Source of the DNA: Elusimicrobiota bacterium
GTDB taxonomy: Bacteria; Elusimicrobiota; Elusimicrobia; UBA1565; UBA9628
Length of the DNA: 64,000 nucleotides
Direction of reading: 5' to 3'
Assembly (NCBI GenBank): GCA_033875325.1
Contig: JANRKA010000084.1
Location: 4,716-68,715 of the forward strand
This document shows, piece by piece, positions 57,274 through 64,000 of the stretch; position 1 is the first letter of the stretch; every line of letters begins with the position of its first letter. The notes beneath the pieces were generated by a model. That model saw only the letters and a list, made by a program, of their open reading frames with translations, ran no database searches and had not been told where the DNA came from. The translations under genes and the position numbers were made by a program.

Positions 57274-57351
57274 GTCGCAGCGTTTTCGAACCCGTAACTA
57301 GAAATGTCGGGACCGGCCCTTGGGCGAGCAAAGCCCAGGGGTTTTGTGTTT
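57274..57351 (+). ncRNA. Candidate small RNA (second copy of the tRNA-trailer element) with its own promoter and terminator
   Basis: An extended -10 TGtTATACT lies at 57259-57267. The conserved block ttcgaacccg..a..agaaatgtcgggaccg.ccc spans 57285-57319. A 9-bp terminator stem (57317-57341) is followed by ttttgtgttt. No plus-strand gene lies upstream. Confidence 0.35.
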
Positions 57352-57364
57352 CCAGGCGCCCGAA

Positions 57365-57424
57365 GTTAACGAAGGGGACAGGCACTTTCGTTAATTAACG
57401 AAAGTGCCTGTCCCCTTCGTTAAC
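57365..57424. repeat. REPIN: perfect 60-bp palindrome
   Basis: The arm gttaacgaaggggacaggcactttcgttaa is immediately followed by its reverse complement. The palindrome ends 1 nt before ATG 57425. Confidence 0.9.
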
Positions 57425-59212
57425 ATGGCCATCCTCCTCTCCTGTCAGAAGCTGAGCAAGAGTTTCGGGCTGCGCCCCCTTTTCGAGGGGCTGTCGCTCG
57501 GCCTCTTCGAGGGGGAGCGCGCGGGCATGATAGGTCCCAACGGCGCGGGCAAGTCCACCTTGCTGCGCATCCTGGCCGGGCTGGAGACCCCGGACGAGGG
57601 CACGCTGTCGGTGCGGCGCGGGCTGCGCGTGGGCTACCTGGCCCAACGCGACCGTTTCGATGAGGCCGAAGGCGGCCTCACCGTGCGCGGCGCCGTCGCC
57701 GCCGCCTTGGCCGACCTCGGGCTCGAGGACTGGGAGGTGGACATGCGCGTGGAGACCGGCCTGGAGCAGGCCGGCTTCCCCGACCCGGAGCAGAAGGTGG
57801 CGAGCCTCTCCGGCGGCTGGCGCAAACGCCTGGCCATCCTCTCCCAGGTCGCGCGCGAGCCCGACCTGCTCCTGCTCGACGAGCCGACCAACCACCTCGA
57901 CTTGGAGGGCGTGTTGTGGCTGGAGGGCTTCCTCTCCGACCTCTCCTTCCCGTTCCTGGTGGTCACCCACGACCGACGCTTCCTCCAGCGGGTGTGCAAC
58001 CGCATCATCGAGCTCAACAAGCAATACGAGGACGGCCACTTCAGCTCCAAGGGCAACTACGCGGACTTCCTGGAGAAACGCGAGGAGCTCTTCGCCCTGC
58101 AGCGCACCGCCGAGACCAAACTCGCCAATACCGTGCGCGGCGAGATCGAGTGGCTGCGCAAGGGACCCAAGGCGCGCACCACCAAGCAGACCGCGCGCAT
58201 CGACCGCGCCGGGGAGATGATGGGGGAGCTCGCCGAGCTCAAGTTCCGCAACGCGCAGACCCGCGCGACCGAGATCGACTTCCTGGGCACCGAACGCGCG
58301 TCCAAGAGCCTGGTGCGCGCCAAAGGCGTGACCAAGTCCATGGGCGGGCGGCGCCTGTTCGGGCCGCTCGACCTCATGCTCGGTCCGGGCGACAAGCTGG
58401 GTCTCTTGGGCGAGAACGGCTCGGGCAAGAGCACCCTCCTTAAGATACTGGCGGGCACGCTCGCGCCCGACGCCGGCGAGCTCAAGCAGGCCGACCGGCT
58501 CCAGGTGGTGACCTTCGACCAGCACCGCGAGGACCTGGACATGGAGGCCAGCCTGCAGAAGTCTCTGTGCCCCATCGGCGAACACGTCGAGTACAAGGGC
58601 CAGCGCATCCACGTCTACGGCTGGGCCGAGCGTTTCTTGTTCCGCAAGGAGCAGATGCACCTGCCGCTGCGGCTGCTCTCCGGCGGCGAGCAGTCGCGCG
58701 TGCTCATCGCGCGTCTGATGCGGCAGAGCGCCGACCTCCTCCTGCTCGACGAGCCCACCAACGACCTCGACCTTCAGTCCCTGGAGGTCTTGGAGAACAG
58801 CCTGCGCGACTTCCCCGGCGCGCTCGTGCTCGTCACCCACGACCGCTGGCTGTTGGACCGCGTCAGCCAGTCCATCCTGGCGCTCGACGGCAAGGGCGGG
58901 GCGCGGTTCTACGCCGAGCTCTCGCAGTGGGAGACCTGGAAGGACGCCCAGCCCAAAGGCGCGGCCGCGGCCCCGCCGCCTCCTCCCAAACCCGCGCTGA
59001 CGCCCGAGCAGAGCAAGGAGCTCGGCTCCATGGAGTCCAAGATCAAGACCGCGGAGGAGAAACTCGCCGCGGCCAAAGCCGCGCTCGAGGACCCCGCCGT
59101 CGCCACCGACGCCGGCGAGCTGGCCAAACGCCAGGCGGCGGTGGACGCGGCCCAGGCCAAGGCCGACGAGCTCTACCGGCGCTGGGAAGCGCTCGAAGCC
59201 CTACGCCAGTAG
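57425..59212 (+). CDS. ABC-F family ATPase (Uup/EttA-like translation or DNA-associated factor)
   Basis: I chose ATG 57425 (MAILLSCQKLSKSFG). It has two NBDs (GPNGAGKST / LSGGWRKR; GENGSGKST / LSGGEQSR), no TM domain, and a C-terminal coiled-coil tail. Confidence 0.85.
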   Translation: MAILLSCQKLSKSFGLRPLFEGLSLGLFEGERAGMIGPNGAGKSTLLRILAGLETPDEGTLSVRRGLRVGYLAQRDRFDEAEGGLTVRGAVAAALADLGLEDWEVDMRVETGLEQAGFPDPEQKVASLSGGWRKRLAILSQVAREPDLLLLDEPTNHLDLEGVLWLEGFLSDLSFPFLVVTHDRRFLQRVCNRIIELNKQYEDGHFSSKGNYADFLEKREELFALQRTAETKLANTVRGEIEWLRKGPKARTTKQTARIDRAGEMMGELAELKFRNAQTRATEIDFLGTERASKSLVRAKGVTKSMGGRRLFGPLDLMLGPGDKLGLLGENGSGKSTLLKILAGTLAPDAGELKQADRLQVVTFDQHREDLDMEASLQKSLCPIGEHVEYKGQRIHVYGWAERFLFRKEQMHLPLRLLSGGEQSRVLIARLMRQSADLLLLDEPTNDLDLQSLEVLENSLRDFPGALVLVTHDRWLLDRVSQSILALDGKGGARFYAELSQWETWKDAQPKGAAAAPPPPPKPALTPEQSKELGSMESKIKTAEEKLAAAKAALEDPAVATDAGELAKRQAAVDAAQAKADELYRRWEALEALRQ

Positions 59213-59785
59213 GTCGGTGACGGCCGCGCGCAGCTCGCGCAGGCCGTCGTTCTTCTCGGCGCTGACCCAGTGGAGCGCCTTGGCGTCCACGCCGGCCTGC
59301 CGGGCCAGCTCCTGGCGGCGGTGATGCGCGCCGGAGGGTTTGACCTGGTCGGACTTGGTCGCGACGACCAGCCACGGCAGGCCCTCGGCCTGCAGCCACG
59401 TGAGCATCTCCAGGTCCAGCCGCGTCGGGCCGACCTTCGCGTCCACGAGCACCAGCACCATGCGCAGGTTCGGGCGGCCGGTGAGGTAACCCTCGATCAT
59501 CGGCCCCCAGCCGGCGCGTTCGGCCTCGTCGCCTTTGGCGAAGCCGTAGCCCGGCAGGTCCACGAGCCAGCGCGACTCGCCCGCGTCGTAGACGTTGATG
59601 ACGCGCGTGCGCCCGGGCGTGCCGGAGACGTGGGCGAGCTTCTTGTTGCACAGCGCGTTGAGCAAGGTGCTCTTGCCGGCGTTGGAGCGGCCGACGAAGG
59701 CGACCTCGGCGGCGCTCGCGCCCAGCTTGCGGGAGTCGGTCTCGCTGAGGAGGTAGCGCGCCGCCGTCAGGGCGACGCCCATCAC
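59201..59785 (-). CDS. engB: Ribosome-biogenesis GTPase EngB/YsxC
   Basis: G1 motif [14 protein letters not shown], plus DLPGYG and ATKSDQ. Confidence 0.85.
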   Translation of the reverse strand: MMGVALTAARYLLSETDSRKLGASAAEVAFVGRSNAGKSTLLNALCNKKLAHVSGTPGRTRVINVYDAGESRWLVDLPGYGFAKGDEAERAGWGPMIEGYLTGRPNLRMVLVLVDAKVGPTRLDLEMLTWLQAEGLPWLVVATKSDQVKPSGAHHRRQELARQAGVDAKALHWVSAEKNDGLRELRAAVTDLLA

Positions 59786-60186
59786 TCGTCCCCGCGCACG
59801 CGGCCGCGGTTCTGCTTGACGGCCGAGCGATGGCGCTTCTGCTCGAGGTTGCGGCGCTTGGCGGCCCTGGAGGGGCCGCGCTTGCGGCGCCGCTCGAGCT
59901 CGGCCTGGTGGCGGCGCGCGGCGGCCTTCTCGCGGGCGGCGCCTTCGAGCTTCTCGGCCATGCGCTCGCGCGCGAGATAGCGGTTTAGCGCTTGCGAGCG
60001 TTCCTCCTCGGCGCGCACCATCATGCCGGTGGGGGTGTGGAAAAGCGTGACGGCGGTCTCCACCTTGTTGACGTTCTGACCGCCGGCCCCGCCCGAGCGC
60101 GTGAACTGCTCGACCAGGTCTCCCGGGCGCACGCCGAGCGCGGCGAGGCGGGCGGCCAGCGCGGCCCAGCGGTCGGAGGTCGTCAT
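59782..60186 (-). CDS. arfB: Peptidyl-tRNA hydrolase ArfB (ribosome rescue, GGQ domain)
   Basis: The GGQ motif [16 protein letters not shown] is present with a basic C-terminal tail, and the length is ~134 aa. Confidence 0.85.
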   Translation of the reverse strand: MTTSDRWAALAARLAALGVRPGDLVEQFTRSGGAGGQNVNKVETAVTLFHTPTGMMVRAEEERSQALNRYLARERMAEKLEGAAREKAAARRHQAELERRRKRGPSRAAKRRNLEQKRHRSAVKQNRGRVRGDE

Positions 60187-60187
60187 C

Positions 60188-61066
60188 TCAGGGCGCGGCG
60201 TCGAGGCGCGCGAGCGCGGCCTTCGTGCTCAGGCGCACTTCGGCGCTCGCGTCGAGGAGGAGCCCCTCGAGGCTGCGGCGCAGCTCGGGGTCGCGCACGC
60301 CCAACACGCCCAAGGCCCGCGCGGCGCTGGCGCGCACGCGGGCGTCCGGGTCGGAGAGCGCGGCGCGCAGGGGGCCCGCCGCGGCCGCGGCCGCGGGCCC
60401 GAGTCCGCCGAGCTCGTCGGCGGCCAAGGCGCGCCGCCGCGGCTCGGGCGCAGAGAGGTCGGCGAGCAGTCCCGGGACGGGGTCCGTTCGGACGCGGCCC
60501 GTCCCGGCGTCGCGCGCGAAGCGGGCCGGCAGGCCCGCGACGAGCGGGCGGGCGGCGGGTGAGGCGGGCGCCGCGGCCACGAGCGGCTCGGGCCGGCGCG
60601 CGGGTTTCGGCGACCAGCGTTCCAACTGGCGCTCCAACGCCCGGAGGTCGCCCGCGGGCAGCTCGACCTCGGGCCGGGAGGGCTGCCACGGGGCCATGAT
60701 GGCGGCGAGGAGCTCCTCGGCGTCCGGCGCCTCGTCGGGCAGGACGCCGGTCTCCTTGAAAGCCTGCAGCCGCAGCGCGCCGGCCGTGAGCTCGAGCAGC
60801 AGCGGCGCGGTCGCGGCCCGATGCTCGGCCGTGAGGCGCTCGCTCTGCGCGTACGCCGCGCTCGTGAGCTCGCCGTCGGCGGAGCGCACGAGCGGTCCCG
60901 CGACCTCCTGGAGCCGGCGCACGAAGTCGCCGCGTTGGGCCTCCAACGCGGCGGTTTTGGCGCGCAGCTCGGCGCGCAGCGCGGCGGCCTCGTCGGCGCC
61001 GCCCGCGGCGGCGGCGGCGAGGGGCGCGGCGAGGAGGAGCCCGGCCAGTCGTGGCGCGCGCGGCAT
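60188..61066 (-). CDS. Secreted HEAT-repeat protein
   Basis: I chose ATG 61066 ([21 protein letters not shown] signal), which has TATCCT 6 nt upstream. The C-terminus has HEAT/PBS-lyase-type repeats ([15 protein letters not shown]..., [14 protein letters not shown]). Confidence 0.65.
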   Translation of the reverse strand: MPRAPRLAGLLLAAPLAAAAAGGADEAAALRAELRAKTAALEAQRGDFVRRLQEVAGPLVRSADGELTSAAYAQSERLTAEHRAATAPLLLELTAGALRLQAFKETGVLPDEAPDAEELLAAIMAPWQPSRPEVELPAGDLRALERQLERWSPKPARRPEPLVAAAPASPAARPLVAGLPARFARDAGTGRVRTDPVPGLLADLSAPEPRRRALAADELGGLGPAAAAAAGPLRAALSDPDARVRASAARALGVLGVRDPELRRSLEGLLLDASAEVRLSTKAALARLDAAP

Positions 61067-61112
61067 GGGGTTAGGATAGCACGCCGGGGGCCGGTTTTGG
61101 TTTGATGGGGGC

Positions 61113-61445
61113 ATGGAGACATGCGCCCGCTGCGGCAAGGAGTTCGGCTGCGGCATGACCGAGGGCCGGACCTCGTGTTGGTGCGCGGAACTGCCGCCCG
61201 TCCTGCCCGTCCCGGCCGAAGGCGAGGGGACCTGCCTGTGCCCGGCCTGCCTCGAGGAGGACCTGGCGCGTGCGAGGCTGCGCCTGGGGCAATGCCTCGA
61301 CTGCCGTCACCGCCGGCCGTTGCGCTCGAAGGGGGGCGACGACCTCGTGTTGTGCGGCCTTTCCTCGGAGCAGGCGCGTTTCCCCAAATATCCGCCGCTG
61401 CCGATGGCCGGGTGCGCGGGGTTCGAGCGCTTCCGGAAGCGCTGA
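61113..61445 (+). CDS. Cysteine-rich CWC family protein with C-terminal extension
   Basis: The N-terminus CARCGKEFGCGM...CWCAELP...CLCPACL matches the CWC pattern. Confidence 0.6.
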   Translation: METCARCGKEFGCGMTEGRTSCWCAELPPVLPVPAEGEGTCLCPACLEEDLARARLRLGQCLDCRHRRPLRSKGGDDLVLCGLSSEQARFPKYPPLPMAGCAGFERFRKR

Positions 61446-61446
61446 C

Positions 61447-62130
61447 TCAGTAGGGGACGGACAGCGCCGGGCAGCGCGTCGCCAGCCAGGCCTTGAGCGC
61501 CGCGTCGTCGTACTTCAGGCGGTGCTCGCCGTCGGGCGTGTACTCGAACACCTCGTGGTTCTTCACCGTGCAGAACTGGCCGTGGGGCGAGCGGAAGGTC
61601 GAGTCGCCGTTGCGCCGGCCCGAGGGCTGGCCGCCGCGCCGGTAGCCGGCGTCCAGGAGGAGCCCCGCATAACGCGTGATCTCGAAGCCGCCGCGCACGG
61701 AAGGGTCCACGACGGGGGCGACGGTCGCGTCGCCGTCGAGCGCGGCGACCTGCGCGGTCGCGGGGTCGAAGCGGAAGCGGCGCCCGTCGGAGGCGAGGAC
61801 CGAGACGGTGCCGGCCGCGGCGTCCATCTCCAGGCGCGGGGCGTCGAGGCGGGGGAAGAGGTAATACTCCCGCGCCGAAGTGAGGGTCGCGACGTCCTCG
61901 CCGGGGCCGTAGGAGCTGAAGACCATGAGCAGCCCGGTGTCGAAGAAGGTGTAATCGCGGTACACGAGGTTCATCGCGTTCATCGGGTGGATGGACACGA
62001 AACACTTGTCGCCGTAGTCGGCGGAGTAGCCCTGCGTGTTGCCGACGTGGGACGGGCGTTGTGGTGAGCAGGCCGCGACGGCTGGTCCGGCCGAGACGGC
62101 GAGAAGCGCGGCGGCGAGCGCCGCCCTCAT
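61447..62130 (-). CDS. Hypothetical lipoprotein
   Basis: ATG 62130 (ATGA overlap) and lipobox AVAAC. The composition is normal, and I recognise no family. Confidence 0.6.
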   Translation of the reverse strand: MRAALAAALLAVSAGPAVAACSPQRPSHVGNTQGYSADYGDKCFVSIHPMNAMNLVYRDYTFFDTGLLMVFSSYGPGEDVATLTSAREYYLFPRLDAPRLEMDAAAGTVSVLASDGRRFRFDPATAQVAALDGDATVAPVVDPSVRGGFEITRYAGLLLDAGYRRGGQPSGRRNGDSTFRSPHGQFCTVKNHEVFEYTPDGEHRLKYDDAALKAWLATRCPALSVPY

Positions 62131-62543
62131 CCCTTGCGGGCCTCGAAGGCGATGGACGCGACGCAGGCGCAGGTCGCGCCGCCGCCGCCGCCGTAGGAGG
62201 GCATGCCGCACGGCAGGTCCGCGCGTCCGGCGAGGCGGTCGGCGGCCAGGGCCTCGGCGACGAAGTCGGTGAAGTCGAACTTGCCGGAGCCGCAGGCCCC
62301 CGGGCAGTCGGAGGAGACGATGAACGCGTCGCCGGCGCCCAGGTTGATGACGCGCTCCTCGAGGATCTGTCCCTGCGCTCCCTTGACGGACAGGGAGACC
62401 TTCAACCCGGCGACGCCGGGGAAGTTCGCCGACAGCGTGCCGGCCGCGCGTTCGCCGGCCGCGGCGTCCTGGGCGCGTTGGAGCTTCTCGTCGTTCTTGC
62501 TGGGTCCGACCTTGCGCTTCTTCTTCCGGTAGAAATCTGCCAT
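62127..62543 (-). CDS. Hypothetical Cys-containing protein (138 aa)
   Basis: It has a basic N-terminus MADFYRKKKRK and the Cys motifs CPGACGSG, LPCG and ATCAC. It is translationally coupled to the lipoprotein gene. Confidence 0.55.
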   Translation of the reverse strand: MADFYRKKKRKVGPSKNDEKLQRAQDAAAGERAAGTLSANFPGVAGLKVSLSVKGAQGQILEERVINLGAGDAFIVSSDCPGACGSGKFDFTDFVAEALAADRLAGRADLPCGMPSYGGGGGATCACVASIAFEARKG

Positions 62544-62580
62544 GTGGCCTCGACTCTAGCATAGTTGATACGATGCGTGT

Positions 62581-63192
62581 ATGGCCGAGACGCTGAGGGC
62601 GGCGTTGGACGCGGTCGCGGGCATGGGACCGGCCGGCTCGGCGGCCTTCGTCCTCCTCTACGCGTTGTGCTGCGTGGCCTTCGTCCCGGCCGTGGTGCTC
62701 ACGCTCGGCGCGGGCGCGGCGTTCGGCCTCGTCAAAGGCTTCCTGCTGGTCTGGGCTGGCGCCACGCTCGGCGCCTGCCTGGCCTTCCTCGCCGGACGCT
62801 ACCTCCTGCGCGACTGGGTGACCCGCCGGCTGGAGCGTTTCCCCGCCTTCCGCGCGGTCTCGCGCGCGGTGGCCCGGGAGGGTTGGCGCGTCGTGGTGCT
62901 CACGCGCCTCTCGCCGGTGCTGCCCTTCATCCTCCTCAACTACGCCTACGGCCTGACCGCCATCCCGCTGCGCGAGTACGCCTGGGCGTCCTGGCTGGGC
63001 ATGGCGCCGGGGACCTTGCTCTACGTCTGGGTCGGGGCGGCGGCCGGCGAGGCCGTGCGCGCGGGCGCGGGCGGCCGCGCCCGCACGCCGGCGGAGTGGG
63101 CCTTCTTCGGCGTGGGCCTGCTCGCCACGCTCGGCGCGGTGACGCTCGTCGGCCGCGCGGCCAAACGCGCGCTGGCCGAGGAGGCCGCGTGA
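62581..63192 (+). CDS. TVP38/TMEM64 (DedA-related, SNARE-associated) membrane protein
   Basis: The family block is GAGAAFGLVKGFLLVWAGATLGACLAFLAGRYLLRDW. TACGAT lies 6 nt upstream of the ATG. Confidence 0.8.
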   Translation: MAETLRAALDAVAGMGPAGSAAFVLLYALCCVAFVPAVVLTLGAGAAFGLVKGFLLVWAGATLGACLAFLAGRYLLRDWVTRRLERFPAFRAVSRAVAREGWRVVVLTRLSPVLPFILLNYAYGLTAIPLREYAWASWLGMAPGTLLYVWVGAAAGEAVRAGAGGRARTPAEWAFFGVGLLATLGAVTLVGRAAKRALAEEAA

Positions 63193-64000
63193 GCTGGCGC
63201 GACTCGCTCGTGCCCGGCGACGAGCACGACGAAGCCCTCGCCGCGCAGGTCCATCCCGCGGGCTGGACCGCGCCCGAGCCGCGGGAGCGCTACGACCTGG
63301 TGGTGCTGGGGGCGGGCACGGCGGGCCTGGTCGCCGCGGCCGGCGCGGCGGGCGTCGGCGCCTCGGTCGCGCTCGTGGAGCGAGGCCTCATGGGCGGGGA
63401 CTGCCTCAACGTCGGCTGCGTGCCGTCCAAGGCCCTGCTCGCCGCGGCGCGCGCGGTCGCCGACGCGCGCCGGCTCGGCGAGTTCGGCGCCCGCGCCGAC
63501 GGCGTCGCCGCGGATTTCCCCGCGGTGATGGAGAGACTGCGGCGCCTGCGCGCCGGCCTCGCGCCGCACGACGGCGCCGCGCGCTTCGCGTCGCTGGGCG
63601 TGAGCGTGTTCTTGGGGGAAGCGCGCTTCACGGGGCCCGACGCGGTCGCGGTCGCCGGCAAGACGCTGCGCTTCAAGAAGGCGGTCATCGCCACGGGCGC
63701 GCGCGCGGCCGTCCCGGTCCTGCCGGGCCTGGGCGAAGCCGGTTACCTCACCAACGAGACCGTCTTCGCGCTGACGGAGCTGCCGCCCCGGCTGGCCGTG
63801 CTCGGCGGCGGGCCCATCGGTTGCGAGCTGGCCCAGGCCTTCGCGCGCCTGGGCTCGTCGGTGACGCTCGTCTCGTCCACTGCGCGCCTGCTGCCCAAGG
63901 ACCCGCCTGAAGCCGGCGCCCTGGTCGAGGCGGCTTTGCGCCGCGACGGCGTCGAGGTGCTGCTGCGCGCGCGGCCCGCGGCGGTGTCGGGCGCCGGCGC
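63189..64000 (+). CDS. Class I pyridine-nucleotide disulfide oxidoreductase (mercuric reductase/dihydrolipoamide dehydrogenase-like), 3' end outside window
   Basis: GTG 63189 (GTGA overlap). By my own translation: YDLVVLGAGTAGL (FAD) and the redox-active GGDCLNVGCVPSK. The frame stays open to the window end. Confidence 0.8.
   Translation, partial: MSWRDSLVPGDEHDEALAAQVHPAGWTAPEPRERYDLVVLGAGTAGLVAAAGAAGVGASVALVERGLMGGDCLNVGCVPSKALLAAARAVADARRLGEFGARADGVAADFPAVMERLRRLRAGLAPHDGAARFASLGVSVFLGEARFTGPDAVAVAGKTLRFKKAVIATGARAAVPVLPGLGEAGYLTNETVFALTELPPRLAVLGGGPIGCELAQAFARLGSSVTLVSSTARLLPKDPPEAGALVEAALRRDGVEVLLRARPAAVSGAG

Noticed and set aside
48740-57280. A possible genomic island bounded by the two direct copies of the conserved element (48677-48735 and 57285-57351) next to a tRNA.
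   Set aside because: The repeat is the tRNA trailer, not the tRNA 3' end. There is no integrase or other mobility gene between the copies, and the cargo is housekeeping-like (CvpA, LysE, RlmF). The terminator stems differ between copies, which is unlike att duplications.

Overview
This is a very GC-rich (by eye well above 65 %) bacterial chromosomal segment. The organism looks diderm: there are outer-membrane beta-barrels, a Wza-type exporter and many lipobox signals. I call about 60 protein genes, one initiator-like tRNA-Met, a RAYT (REP-associated tyrosine transposase) cassette with its cognate REP/REPIN palindromes, and a few promoters and intrinsic terminators. Most long ORFs in the six-frame track are Arg/Pro/Gly/Ala-rich shadow frames of real genes, and I discarded them.

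Layout:
- 0-2.4 kb: oleC/oleD-like pair.
- 2.6-6.3 kb: amidase, FKBP, RNase HI and aspartokinase.
- 6.3-7.2 kb: RAYT cassette.
- 7.2-13.3 kb: CDP-alcohol transferase, DUF1338, membrane-fused spermidine-synthase-like protein, a GT-B glycosyltransferase and SRAP.
- 13.3-16.6 kb: malQ-glgB.
- 19.1-45.7 kb: a ~26 kb Wzx/Wzy-type exopolysaccharide locus.
- 46.4-52.3 kb: pirin, hydrolase, tRNA, CvpA, LysE and RlmF.
- 52.4-57.2 kb: a tightly overlapped four-gene operon (DegT aminotransferase, small membrane protein, HTTM-DCC fusion, TMTC-like GT-C/TPR protein).
- 57.4-64 kb: ABC-F, EngB, ArfB, HEAT, CWC, an unknown gene pair, and TVP38 plus a disulfide reductase.

Best candidates for something undescribed:
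1. The EPS locus carries three paralogous ATP-grasp modules (two fused in one frame) and a stand-alone adenylation-carrier-thioesterase module whose thioesterase has Cys in the nucleophile elbow. This suggests an amino-acid or peptide-decorated glycan.
2. The HTTM-DCC operon.
3. A roughly 70-nt conserved terminator-bearing element is present twice, once as a tRNA trailer and once behind its own promoter.
4. A TAnnnT hexamer sits 6 nt upstream of many start codons, which suggests leaderless transcription.

All functional calls come from motif recognition by eye. No searches were run, and start codons are inferred.
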